A DNA stretch of 64,000 nucleotides, taken from contig JASFQK010000004.1 of the NCBI GenBank assembly GCA_050115495.1, positions 64,001-128,000 of the forward strand, read 5' to 3'. Of the stretch, positions 9,220-18,509 are shown piece by piece; within the stretch, counting starts at the first letter, position 1, and every line of letters starts with the position of its first letter. A program made the position numbers and the translations under genes. The notes beneath the pieces were generated by a model, which saw only the letters and a list, made by a program, of their open reading frames with translations, had not been told where the DNA came from and made no database searches. Origin of the DNA: Phycisphaerae bacterium. Lineage in GTDB: Bacteria > Planctomycetota > Phycisphaerae > UBA1845 > Fen-1342.

Positions 9220-12090
9220 TCACACCAGCGCGTCTGCCACCAGTTCGATCAGATGCCGCGGGCGGGCGTCGGTGTGGTGGGCGATGTGCTCGCGGCAACT
9301 GAAGCCGGCGACGGCGATGTCGGCGTCGCCGCGGGCGCGGACCGCCGGGAAGAGGCGCTGTTCGCCGATGGCGCGGGCGATTTCGTAATGGCCGGTTTCG
9401 TGGCCGAAGGAGCCGGCCATGCCGCAACAGCCGCTGTTGATTTCATTGGCGCCGCCGGCGGTGCAGGCGTTCAACACGCGCAGCGCCGCAGCGGTGCCGG
9501 TGAGCGCCTTCTGGTGGCAATGTCCGTGGAATAGCACTGGGCGAGCGCCCGGCCGAAACCGCAACGCGTCCGGCCGCTCGGCCAGCACGTCGGCGATGTA
9601 CGCCTCGATATTCCGCACGCTGGCGGCGACTTGTCGCGCCGCCGGCGTGCGGACGAATTGCGGCAACTCGTCCAGCAGCACGGACACGCAGCTCGGCTCG
9701 GTGCCGACGATCGGCACGCCTCGCTCGGCGTATGGCCCCAGCACGCGGACGTTCTCCTCCGCCAACGCGCGGGCCTCGTCGAGCAGCCCCTTGCTGATCA
9801 GCGGCCGGCCGCAGCACACCGTCGGCGGTACGAGCACCTCGTTGCCCAACGCCTCCAGCACCTTCACCGCCGCCATGCCCACCTGCGGCAGGTAGTAATT
9901 CGTCCACGTGTCGACGAAGTACACGACCGGCGGTCGCGGCGACCCGCCCGTGTCCGCTCTTGGCCGGCGCTTGAACCACTGCCGAAACGTCTGCCGGGCG
10001 AACGCCGGTGGCGGGATCCGCCGGTCCAGCCCGAACCAGTGCTCCAGAAACGCCCGCGCCACCGGCGAGCGCATCAGCCAGTTGCTCAGCGGGGCGAACC
10101 GGCTGCCCCAGGCCGCCAGCCGAATCGTGCTGGCGATGAGACGGCTGCGGCGGGGGACGCCCTCTCGCCGATTGCGGGCGTGGAGCCATTCGGTCTTGAG
10201 CCGGGCGACGTCGGTGCCGGTCGGGCACTCGGTCCGGCACGCCTTGCAGCTCAAGCAGAGATCGAACACGTCGTCGAGGGCCGGGTCGGCGAGGCCGTCG
10301 AGCAGCCCGCGGTTGGACAGGGCGACGCGCAGGGCGTTGGCCCGTGCCCGCGTCGTGTGCGTCTCGTCGCCGGTGGCCATGTACGACGGGCACATCGTGC
10401 CGACCAGTCGCTGCCGGCAATTGCCGACACCGGTGCACATGCCGGCCAAGCCGGCCATCCCGCCGAACGCATCGAAGTCGAGCGCCGTCTGCGGCTGCTG
10501 CGTCGCGAAGCCCTCGCCGAAGCGGAGGTTCTCGTCGATGGGCAGCGGGTCGACGATCTTGCCGGGGTTGAGGATCCCGTCGGGGTCGAAGGTCTGCTTG
10601 ATCCTGCGGAACGCCGCGATGAGCCGCGGGCCGTAGAGCTTCTCCAGCCAGCCGGAGCGGATGATGCCGTCGCCGTGCTCGGCGGTCATCGTCCCGCCGA
10701 ACTCGAGCACGAGCGAGCTGACGCGGTTGCCGATGCGGCGGAGGCGGGCGATGTCCTCGCGTTTCTTGAGGTTGAGCACGGGACGGACGTGCAGGCAGCC
10801 GACGCTGGCGTGGGCGTAGTAGCCGGTCTGCGAGACGCCCTCCTCGGCGAGCACCTCGCCGAGTCGGCGGATGTAGTCGTGCAGGCGGGCGGGGGCGACC
10901 GCGGTGTCCTCGATGAAGGCGTACGGCTGCTCGTCGCCGGGGCGGGACATGAGCAGGCCGAGGCCGGCTTTGCGCAACTCCCAGACGTCGGCCTGGGCGG
11001 CGGGCTCGGTGAGGATCGGCCAGGCGTAGCCGATGCCGCGGCTGCGCAGGTCGGCGGCGAGGTCGTTCAGGCGGCGTTCGAGCGTCGGCATATCGTCGCT
11101 GAAGAACTCGACCGCGAGGAACGCCTCGGGTTCACCGACGAGGAACCGCCGACGGCGGGCCATGGCCGGGTTTGTGCAGGAGGCGTCGAGGATGAGGCGG
11201 TCGACGAGTTCCACGCCGGCGGGTTGATGTTCGAGGATGTGCGGCACGGAGGCGAGGGCGGGCAGTACGCCGTCGTAGTGCACGACGAGCAGGGCGCGGT
11301 GGTGGGGCAGGGGCGTCAGGGCGAGCGTGGCCCCGACGACGACGCCGAGCGTGCCTTCGCTGCCGCAAAGTACCGCCTCGGGGTTCAGTCGGCGGCCGTC
11401 GCGGTGGAGCCGGTCGAGCCCGTAGCCGCCATTGGAGCGCAGCACGCGCGGATAGCGCGCCGTGATCTCGTCGCCGCAGTTGCGGAGGATGTCCGCCAGA
11501 CACGCCTCGCCGGCGGCGGCGAGTGGGTTGTCGCTTGGCGGGGTGTCCGGGCCCCAGGTACAGAGCGACCCGTCGCTGAGCACGACGTCGACGCTGTGCA
11601 CGTGGTTGACCGTGCGGCCGACGACGAGCGAGTGGGCCCCGCACGAGTTGTTGGCGATCATGCCGCCGATCGTGGCCCGGCTGCTGGTGGCGACGTCGGG
11701 GGCGAAGTGCAGGTCGTGGCGGGCCAGGACGGCGTTGAGCTCATCCAGCACGACGCCGGGCTCGACGCGGGCGAAGCGTCCCGCCGGATCGACGTGCACG
11801 ATGCAGTTCAGGTGGCGGGCGCAGTCGAGGATGATGCCGCGGTTGACGGCGCCGCCGGTGAGGCCGGTGCCGGCGCCACGGGCGGTGAGCGGTACGCCGT
11901 GCTGGCGGCAGGCGCGGACCGTGGCGGCGACGTCGTCCACGCTGGCGGGCAGGACGACGGCGTCGGGCAGGATTTCGTAGATGCTGGCGTCGGTGGCGTA
12001 GAGCGTGCGGGACAGGCGGTCCGCGCGCACCTCGCCGCGGAGCGTCTGCGGCAGCGTGGCGAGCAGTTTGGCGGTCTCGTTGGCGGGCAT
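9220..12090 (-). CDS. FAD-binding and Fe-S-binding oxidoreductase (GlcD-GlpC-type fusion, D-2-hydroxyacid dehydrogenase-like)
   Basis: YATDASIY, RGAGTGLTG, GGMIANNSCG, AEHGDG, CTGVGNC...MCPSY, CLSCKACRTECP, CCG domains, FSCREHI. Confidence 0.92.
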   Translation of the reverse strand: MPANETAKLLATLPQTLRGEVRADRLSRTLYATDASIYEILPDAVVLPASVDDVAATVRACRQHGVPLTARGAGTGLTGGAVNRGIILDCARHLNCIVHVDPAGRFARVEPGVVLDELNAVLARHDLHFAPDVATSSRATIGGMIANNSCGAHSLVVGRTVNHVHSVDVVLSDGSLCTWGPDTPPSDNPLAAAGEACLADILRNCGDEITARYPRVLRSNGGYGLDRLHRDGRRLNPEAVLCGSEGTLGVVVGATLALTPLPHHRALLVVHYDGVLPALASVPHILEHQPAGVELVDRLILDASCTNPAMARRRRFLVGEPEAFLAVEFFSDDMPTLERRLNDLAADLRSRGIGYAWPILTEPAAQADVWELRKAGLGLLMSRPGDEQPYAFIEDTAVAPARLHDYIRRLGEVLAEEGVSQTGYYAHASVGCLHVRPVLNLKKREDIARLRRIGNRVSSLVLEFGGTMTAEHGDGIIRSGWLEKLYGPRLIAAFRRIKQTFDPDGILNPGKIVDPLPIDENLRFGEGFATQQPQTALDFDAFGGMAGLAGMCTGVGNCRQRLVGTMCPSYMATGDETHTTRARANALRVALSNRGLLDGLADPALDDVFDLCLSCKACRTECPTGTDVARLKTEWLHARNRREGVPRRSRLIASTIRLAAWGSRFAPLSNWLMRSPVARAFLEHWFGLDRRIPPPAFARQTFRQWFKRRPRADTGGSPRPPVVYFVDTWTNYYLPQVGMAAVKVLEALGNEVLVPPTVCCGRPLISKGLLDEARALAEENVRVLGPYAERGVPIVGTEPSCVSVLLDELPQFVRTPAARQVAASVRNIEAYIADVLAERPDALRFRPGARPVLFHGHCHQKALTGTAAALRVLNACTAGGANEINSGCCGMAGSFGHETGHYEIARAIGEQRLFPAVRARGDADIAVAGFSCREHIAHHTDARPRHLIELVADALV

Positions 12091-12208
12091 CGTTGCTCTT
12101 ACATCAACCGCCGGCCCGCACCGCGGACCGTGCTACTGCCAGCGTATCACGCCACCGCGCGTCTCGCGAGCGCGTAGCGTCCGGGTTCCGTGCCGGCCGT
12201 CTTGCGCG

Positions 12209-12239
12209 AGCCATCAGCCATCAGCCATCAGCCACCAGC
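12209..12239 (+). repeat. Heptanucleotide tandem repeat (AGCCATC)x3 + AGCCACC
   Basis: Read directly from the sequence. Confidence 0.8.
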
Positions 12240-12263
12240 TCCAACCTTGAGCCTTGAGCCGGA

Positions 12264-12475
12264 GTGTGGCATGCTGAAGCCTTAGGCGCCGGCATGTCTT
12301 CCTCCTCGCACAGGCACGTTCGCGCCTACTCATGCCCGCGCCTTAGAGCTTGGGCATGCCGCACCCACACTGGTGGGCAAGCCACCAGTGGCACCCAGCG
12401 TCTCGCAGCGCGTCGTACTGATTCCTCTTCAGTCCCGAAGGGACGACTGAATACAGCCCAGCAGGAACTGCTGGG
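12264..12475. repeat. Cluster of REP-like palindromes
   Basis: Inverted pair GTGTGGCATGC...GGCATG (12264-12298 and 12331-12364), CACTGGTGG-gcaag-CCACCAGTG (12368-12390), GTCCCGAAGGGAC, CCCAGCAGGAACTGCTGGG. Confidence 0.65.
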
Positions 12476-12614
12476 ATCCGCGGCCACCCCTCATTCACCA
12501 AGCCCCGGACGGGCGGCAGAACGACCCCGCGCCATCCACCGCTCGTCCCCGCGCAAACGCGAAATCCCCCCTCTACTCTCCACTCTCTCCTGCTCAACTC
12601 TCTCGCGCAGCGCC

Positions 12615-13061
12615 TTATCCGCCGCCGCCCTGGTTGAACACGTACAGCACGATGTGGTTCTCGTGCTCCTCGTGGCGTTCAACCCAGCTCAACAGCGTCT
12701 CGATCCGCCGGCAGCAATCGCGCAACAGGAGGTTGTCGTCGGGCGAGAGCTGGTGCACGGCGTGGTGAATGCTGTCGATGAGGCGAACGAGCTCGGTGTG
12801 CTCGTGCGTGAGCAGCTCGACCTGTTTGGCGAGGTCCGGCCGCGCCTGCAACACCGGCTGCAGATAGCCGCCCTCTTCCATGCGGCTCATCCGCTGCCGG
12901 ACGCAGGCGGTGAAGCCGTCGAACTGCTCGCGGAGCTCGCTGAGCCACGTCCGGCGGTCGCCGCGTGGCAGGTGGGCCACGGTGCCTCGCAGCTCGTCGG
13001 CGTGTTCCTGGGAGTGGTTATGCTCATCCCGCAGCCACCTGACGATGTCCGTCGTCGCCAT
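12615..13061 (-). CDS. Hemerythrin/HHE-domain protein
   Basis: LRDEH, RMEEGGYL, LTHEHTEL, RHEEHEN motifs; GGAGG RBS. Confidence 0.8.
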   Translation of the reverse strand: MATTDIVRWLRDEHNHSQEHADELRGTVAHLPRGDRRTWLSELREQFDGFTACVRQRMSRMEEGGYLQPVLQARPDLAKQVELLTHEHTELVRLIDSIHHAVHQLSPDDNLLLRDCCRRIETLLSWVERHEEHENHIVLYVFNQGGGG

Positions 13062-13305
13062 GGCGTATACCTCCGTCGCTGGCGGGCGGCGCGGAGCCGG
13101 GACGACCCGGCGGGAAAGGCTGGATCAGGCCGGCCGGCCCGCAAAGCCGAGGGCCGCCCCTCATCAGACGGTCGGGATGCGCTCCGGAAGGACCACGCCG
13201 CCGCTGCGCGAGAGGTGACCGGGCCCATTATCCGGCGGCCCCGCCGGCGTGCAAGACGAATCTCCAGCCGGGGGCGCCTTCCGGGCATTGCGAAGGCACG
13301 CGGTC

Positions 13306-13450
13306 ACCAGCCGCTGAGCCACGCCGCTTCAGAGGCGTTTCCCGCCGGAGGCGGGCTGATGGGCTGGCCCTTTGAGGGCTGGTTATCTGCGTCGCATGAT
13401 TTCCCCTATTCCCCCTCCGGATTTCACCCCGTTTCAACGGGGTTCCCCGC
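13306..13450 (-). repeat. Multi-hairpin REP/MITE-like element, copy 2 (inverted relative to copy 1)
   Basis: Reverse complement GCGGGGAACCCCGTTGAAACGGGGTG...ATCAGCCCGCCTCCGGCGGGAAACGCCTCTGAAGCGGCGTG...GCGGCTGGT matches 7126-7286. Confidence 0.75.
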
Positions 13451-14174
13451 CGCACCGGGACGGTGCCGATGGAACGTGATTGCACCTCTGCTCGTCGGCG
13501 GGAGGCTCGCCCGGCTTGCATGGTCCACTGAACGCCGTGCCGCACTCCGGGCAGATCGCGGTCGGCAGACCTTGCCGCGGATAGCCGCATTCGGCACAGA
13601 CGGCGTCATTCTGGCGATCTCGCCGCCAGATCACGGTTCCACACGACAGACACCGCCAGGATGTGCCAAACCCCGGCCAGCCGAAGAGCAGCAGCTCATT
13701 GCCGATCAGCCGCAGGGTGCTCCGCAGGCTCCGCGATCGGCGTACGTCGGCCAGCCCGGCACAGCACGGGCAGTGCAGCACCGTACGCTCCCGCCAGGAG
13801 CGGAACAGGCGATACGCGAGAAGCACGATCGCCAGAAACAGCATGGGTACCAGGAAAGGCATCGTGACCGCATGCGCAGGAGGCGCACGCATCGCGTAGT
13901 ACTGCGGCCAGAAGGCCAATACCTCCCATCCGACGCGAGCACCTCGCTCGCGGTAGCTGAGCCAGAACCCATATGGGTAGCTCATGCTTGGCACGACATG
14001 CGCGAAGACCATGCCATCTTCCAAGTCGACCATGCCCAGCGGGCAACTTGCACAGAATGATCCCCGATAGGCGAAGAAGGGCACGTAAAGGAGTGCGCCC
14101 ACCAGCAGCAGGATCAAGCCCGGGCTGCGCAGTGTTCGCCAGAATGCGGCGAGGAACCTCGACTTCTTTCGCAT
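13434..14174 (-). CDS. Membrane protein with Cys pairs and C-terminal Zn ribbon
   Basis: TM helices; CPCC, CLSC, CAECGYPRQGLPTAICPECG. Confidence 0.7.
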   Translation of the reverse strand: MRKKSRFLAAFWRTLRSPGLILLLVGALLYVPFFAYRGSFCASCPLGMVDLEDGMVFAHVVPSMSYPYGFWLSYRERGARVGWEVLAFWPQYYAMRAPPAHAVTMPFLVPMLFLAIVLLAYRLFRSWRERTVLHCPCCAGLADVRRSRSLRSTLRLIGNELLLFGWPGFGTSWRCLSCGTVIWRRDRQNDAVCAECGYPRQGLPTAICPECGTAFSGPCKPGEPPADEQRCNHVPSAPSRCGGEPR

Positions 14175-14329
14175 GGCGTTACTCCGCCGGGCACTCCAGG
14201 GCGATGCCGCCGTCCACTGTTGCCCAGGGCGGGGCGGCATCGGCGGGACCGGTGGCGGCGTTCGTCGTGCAGTCCAGTGAGGCGACCACGCACTGCGCTT
14301 CGGTATCGACGCCTGTTGTCGCGCTCACA

Positions 14330-14629
14330 CTATATTGCCCTCCCGCACTCGGGGCAGCGCGGGACCGTAAGACCTCGCAGCAGGTACCCGCAGCCGCTGC
14401 AATACGGGCCGACACGTACCCAGCGGGCGGTCAACACGTCGTGCACGCTGACGCAGACCAGGAACGGCACGACCATCGCCCCGAAGATGTACATTAGTCC
14501 GTTCAGGGGCCCTCTCGATCCAAGCCCGATACGAGCTAGCAAGATACACGTCAGCAAACCGGCCGCCATGCTGACGAGGGCGCTCACGCGGTGCCGTGTC
14601 CGTAGTGCCTTCATGTGCACGTCCTCCAA
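14330..14629 (-). CDS. Small 2-TM protein with C-terminal Zn ribbon
   Basis: CSGCGYLLRGLTVPRCPECG. Confidence 0.75.
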   Translation of the reverse strand: MEDVHMKALRTRHRVSALVSMAAGLLTCILLARIGLGSRGPLNGLMYIFGAMVVPFLVCVSVHDVLTARWVRVGPYCSGCGYLLRGLTVPRCPECGRAI

Positions 14630-14686
14630 GGCCGCCGGATCGAGGCGCGTCGCAGGGGTTGCAGTGCCTGCGAACGCCGCCGAGTC

Positions 14687-15211
14687 CTACAGCGGCGTGC
14701 CGCAATTCGGGCACGCGGCCTTTTCCAGGTGTCGAAGCGCCGCCCCGCATCGCTCGCAGCGTGGCAGGATGCGACCGCCCCAGACCAGTGCGTCGTGCGC
14801 GACCAGGGCCATTGCCATGGACACGATCAGCCCTGTTACCGCGCCCGCATACACGACGACTCCTTCCACGTTCATGGCCCAATCGGGCGGCGGAGTGGGT
14901 TGCCAACGGAAGCACCCCCAGCCTTCGCGCTGTGCCCGGGCGACGGCCGCGCCCTCAGCACCGAGGCGGTCACAGATGGCGTAGAAGGAATCCCACGCGG
15001 ATCGCTCTACAGCGCCGGTCGCGGTCATGATCGTCACGAGGCACGCGATCCCAGCGCCCGTGCCGATCGCGATACCGATCAGTCTCCGCCTGGCCGTGGC
15101 AGGTCTGCGCGGCCGTGCGAACGCGCTCGTGTCTTTCTCCGCCGTGTGGCCGCCGTCGGGAGGCGTCACAGCCGCCGGCTCGTTGGCGTGCCCCGAACCG
15201 TCAGACGCCAT
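14687..15211 (-). CDS. 2-TM protein with C-terminal Zn ribbon
   Basis: CERCGAALRHLEKAACPNCG; GAGAGG upstream of ATG 15211. Confidence 0.7.
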   Translation of the reverse strand: MASDGSGHANEPAAVTPPDGGHTAEKDTSAFARPRRPATARRRLIGIAIGTGAGIACLVTIMTATGAVERSAWDSFYAICDRLGAEGAAVARAQREGWGCFRWQPTPPPDWAMNVEGVVVYAGAVTGLIVSMAMALVAHDALVWGGRILPRCERCGAALRHLEKAACPNCGTPL

Positions 15212-15500
15212 GTGCCTCTCCCTCGCTCTCTGCGGGTTTTCGCTGCGAGCCGTCCAGGGCCCACAGCGCGGTCGCCGGGATCGCCGCGCCGGCGGCGACA
15301 ACCCACAGCGACAGCAACTCCTCGCTTACGGCGCAGGGGCCGTGCGCATGCACGCGCCAGATGCCGCCTGATTCGAACGCGTACCACGTCGAGCCGCTTC
15401 GCCCCCAGTAGATGGGCACGAGGAAGCTGAGTAGGATCAGGGCGCCGGCGGCCAGGAAGCAGCCCGTCACGGCGTACTTGGCCAAACGCAGGACGGTCAT
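15201..15500 (-). CDS. Small 2-TM membrane protein (array member lacking the Zn ribbon)
   Basis: AGGAG upstream; MTVLRLAKYAVTGCFLAAGALILLSFLVP; overlaps both neighbours. Confidence 0.55.
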   Translation of the reverse strand: MTVLRLAKYAVTGCFLAAGALILLSFLVPIYWGRSGSTWYAFESGGIWRVHAHGPCAVSEELLSLWVVAAGAAIPATALWALDGSQRKPAESEGEAHGV

Positions 15501-16348
15501 GGCGCGGCTCCTGTCTTCGGCGGGGTGGTTTCGGGCTGAGCGGGTTGCGGCGACACCGGCTGGCCCCCAAGCAATACGACGAACTCGGACGCCGGCACAT
15601 CGCTCCAGGACGCGTACGGCAACCGAACGCCCGGAGTCCCAGGCGCGGCAGGAGCCCCAATACGCACGGCGAATCCGTGAAACCAACCACTTGCCGAGAT
15701 GTGTATCATCCCCTTGGAGGGTCGCTCCGCGGCGTAGGCTTCCACGTCAAGTGTCGTCGCCTCGCCCGCGCCCACAACACGCACCCCCGTGCCAAGTAGC
15801 GGGCCGGGCGCCACCTCCAGCCAGACCTCCGGCGGGTCGCCAAAGCGAAGCGGATCCCAGTAGCTTACCGCGCGTGGAGGGAAACGTAGCGGTGGAATGA
15901 CTACCGGCGCATCGCCATGGTTGGTTACCACCAGGCGCAAGTGAATGTAGCTGTCGGCGTATGTGACCGGCGTCTCCAGACGAACACTCGTGCTCGCGAG
16001 ATTGTCAGACCATAGACTCGTTCCACAGGATTGGGGGAAGGGATAATAGAGCGAGAGCTTCCGCGTGAGCTTTTCATCCCACCAGAGCTGGATCGCCAGC
16101 CGCAGGAGCGTCGGGGACGTGAGGATCGCGCCCGAGTCCAGCGGCCCGATGCCAGGCCGTCCGTCGAGCGTGCGGATGCCCCTCCACACCCACGCCCCCA
16201 GCCCACACGTGACCCCGATTACGGTGAGGCCGGCGCACCAGCACAGCACACGCCGCCACAGCCTGCCACGGCGCCGATGGACGGACGCGTACTCCAGCGG
16301 CTCGATCAACGGCTGGTCCTCGCCCGTGACGCCGGTGCCGCTCGTCAT
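15497..16348 (-). CDS. Hypothetical single-TM membrane-anchored protein
   Basis: Starts right after the upstream stop; PLEYAS-RRR-TM followed by a soluble domain. Confidence 0.6.
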   Translation of the reverse strand: MTSGTGVTGEDQPLIEPLEYASVHRRRGRLWRRVLCWCAGLTVIGVTCGLGAWVWRGIRTLDGRPGIGPLDSGAILTSPTLLRLAIQLWWDEKLTRKLSLYYPFPQSCGTSLWSDNLASTSVRLETPVTYADSYIHLRLVVTNHGDAPVVIPPLRFPPRAVSYWDPLRFGDPPEVWLEVAPGPLLGTGVRVVGAGEATTLDVEAYAAERPSKGMIHISASGWFHGFAVRIGAPAAPGTPGVRLPYASWSDVPASEFVVLLGGQPVSPQPAQPETTPPKTGAAP

Positions 16349-16350
16349 CC

Positions 16351-16680
16351 TCAGATCCTCCGCCCGCACTCGGGGCAGCGGGGTTCGGCGACGCCGCGCA
16401 GCAGGTATCCGCAGTCCGGGCACGCCGGCTGTTCCACCGGCTTGCGGCGGGCGAGCAGGTGATAGACGGTTAGCGCCGTGATAAACGCCAGCGCCGGGGG
16501 TAGTGTGTCTTCCATGAGGCTCGTCAGAACATAGCCAAGTTGTGCGCGTCGTCCATCGTTCATGTAGATGAAGAGCACCCAGTAGAACGTCGCGGTCCAC
16601 ACCGCCATCGCCACGATGATGGCGATGCCCGCTCGCAGGAAGTATCTACTCGCATGTGTACGCAAGCCGCTGGCCTCCAT
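16351..16680 (-). CDS. 2-TM protein with C-terminal Zn ribbon
   Basis: CPDCGYLLRGVAEPRCPECG. Confidence 0.8.
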   Translation of the reverse strand: MEASGLRTHASRYFLRAGIAIIVAMAVWTATFYWVLFIYMNDGRRAQLGYVLTSLMEDTLPPALAFITALTVYHLLARRKPVEQPACPDCGYLLRGVAEPRCPECGRRI

Positions 16681-16726
16681 CAGGGGGACTGCTTGCCCCC
16701 GAACGCCACCTGGACAGCACAGTTAC

Positions 16727-17143
16727 TCACAGTCTCTGCCCGCATTTCGTGCACCGGGCTTCGGTGAGCCGTCGCAACAGGGCTCCGCAGTTGGCGCATT
16801 GCGGGGCGTTGCGGACCGGGCGAAGCACCAGATAGTCGTACAGCAGCAGGGTTACGCCCGTCGTGATGGCGATCAGGACATTCCTTCGCACCCAACCTTC
16901 GACCCACCACCGCCACAACCAAGCTCTCGTCGTGCCGGTCGCGGAGCCAGTCTTCAGAGCATGCCGGGCATCGGCGGCCCCGGGCATCTCCAGGGCCTCA
17001 CCTGCCGCGTACACAAGGTCAACCCCTGGGCTCCAGGCGATGGAGTACGCCTGCGTGAACAGCAGGCCGTGCAGAACAGTCGCCACCACAACGCAGACGG
17101 CCCCGTACGCCAGAATCGTCCACCGTCTGCCGGTTGAGCGCAT
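16727..17143 (-). CDS. 2-TM protein with C-terminal Zn ribbon
   Basis: AAGGAG RBS; CANCGALLRRLTEARCTKCG. Confidence 0.75.
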   Translation of the reverse strand: MRSTGRRWTILAYGAVCVVVATVLHGLLFTQAYSIAWSPGVDLVYAAGEALEMPGAADARHALKTGSATGTTRAWLWRWWVEGWVRRNVLIAITTGVTLLLYDYLVLRPVRNAPQCANCGALLRRLTEARCTKCGQRL

Positions 17144-17359
17144 CTACCGCTCCTTCCGCGTGAGACGCGGGCCGCCGGCCTCGCGGGCCGAGATCGTCAT
17201 CGAATGGAACATCGTCCCCGGCATCCGCAATACCCCTGTCGGAAGCCTGCCCATCACGGGCCCCAAACCTGTTAGGTGCAGTATCGTCCACCGGCAGGCC
17301 CGCGGTCAAGCCGCAGGAAACCCGGCGGGATCGCCGACGCGTCAGACCGGGTCAACGTG

Positions 17360-18400
17360 TCAGCCTTCCTTGGCGTCGCCGACCGCGAACTGGCGCCCGC
17401 ACTCCGGGCAGCGGTGGCCGTGACTCGGTAGGCCGCGAAGGCTGTAGCCGCACTGTGGGCAGACGGGATTGGACGGGTCGATGGCTGCCTTGTAGCGCAA
17501 CACGAAGATGAAGAACCACAGGGCGACTGCCGGCGCACACAGCCCGTCGACAAACAACTGCACGGTTTCAGCCCCGGGCCCTCCCTGAAGAGCAACGGTG
17601 CCGCCGTACCAGCAGACGATCTCCGGCACCGCGACTGCGCTCGTGGCACAGACTAGGGCGAACGCCGCCGCCGGAATGCGCCTGGCTCGCCCAAGAATGA
17701 GGCCTACCCCGGCCCCCAGACAGATCAGCGGCAACAGCGGCCTCGTGATGTACCATAACGCCCACTTCCAATCCATGCCCCAGTCCACGTTGCACGCGTA
17801 GCCATGCTCACCTGGATCAAGGAACAACAGGCAGTACCAGAAGCTGCCGCAAGCACCGTAGATGACCAGCGTCCAGGCCACGACGACCATCGAGCGGGTC
17901 GGCCTGCACCGGCTGCGCCAAGCAGCCCACACGACGCAGGTCGGTATGGCGACTTCCGCCGTCCACACCAGCGCTACCCCGATACACACGAAGGTCGAAG
18001 GTGGATCAACCGCCCACTCATGAGTGGTAGAAGACAGCGATAGGATGGTCTCAGCGAGCATGACCCCGCAGACAAGTGTCACGGCCGCGAGCCACGCGGT
18101 AGGCCTGCGCCACAGCACCAGGCCGGCCAGCAGCGCAAGGACCCCCGTGGCCACAGAGCACAAGTACCGGGCTTCGTCGATGAGCGCCCATGTTCCGGTG
18201 CTGCCGTACCAGGATCCTGTGAGCGCCCGGTAGAGCGGTCCGTCGTTCCGACAGAGATCCAGCAACGCGCTGGCCGCGCCAAAGATGCCGACGACCAGCA
18301 GATAGCCGGTCACCAGGGCTGCGCGAGTCTCCCTGGTTCGGTCAGCCCAAAGGGGATGCCGGGCGACCGGGGGACCGTCTATCGCGACCGACGTTCGCAT
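17360..18400 (-). CDS. Multi-TM protein with C-terminal Zn ribbon
   Basis: About 8 TM helices; CPQCGYSLRGLPSHGHRCPECG. Confidence 0.8.
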   Translation of the reverse strand: MRTSVAIDGPPVARHPLWADRTRETRAALVTGYLLVVGIFGAASALLDLCRNDGPLYRALTGSWYGSTGTWALIDEARYLCSVATGVLALLAGLVLWRRPTAWLAAVTLVCGVMLAETILSLSSTTHEWAVDPPSTFVCIGVALVWTAEVAIPTCVVWAAWRSRCRPTRSMVVVAWTLVIYGACGSFWYCLLFLDPGEHGYACNVDWGMDWKWALWYITRPLLPLICLGAGVGLILGRARRIPAAAFALVCATSAVAVPEIVCWYGGTVALQGGPGAETVQLFVDGLCAPAVALWFFIFVLRYKAAIDPSNPVCPQCGYSLRGLPSHGHRCPECGRQFAVGDAKEG

Positions 18401-18509
18401 TCGTTAGGCCTCGCTCTATCCCCGGTCAACCACGCACCGCCGCAGACCCAGTTGTTCTGCGCTTGGTGATCGGACGGCATATTCCGCCGAACCCCGCGCG
18501 GCGCCGGCG

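Noticed and set aside
9631..12177. 848-aa ORF, and similar long antisense ORFs (20047-21744, 23531-25561, 26500-28500, 42074-44344, 53781-56444)
   Set aside because: Antisense shadows of well-supported genes, caused by GC3 bias; no motifs of their own.
13150..13170. CTGATGA on the minus strand suggesting a hammerhead ribozyme; GCAAAGCC nearby on the plus strand suggesting a c-di-GMP riboswitch
   Set aside because: No GAAA follows the putative stem II, and the GEMM-like words lack the full motif and face away from the downstream gene.
12264..14060. 598-aa plus-strand ORF
   Set aside because: Runs through REP repeats and antisense to the hemerythrin and Zn-ribbon genes; low-complexity Arg/Ala/Pro translation, typical of a high-GC shadow ORF.
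14179..14328. 49-codon minus-strand ORF between Zn-ribbon genes
   Set aside because: Fits the operon spacing but has no motif or clear RBS; cannot be supported.
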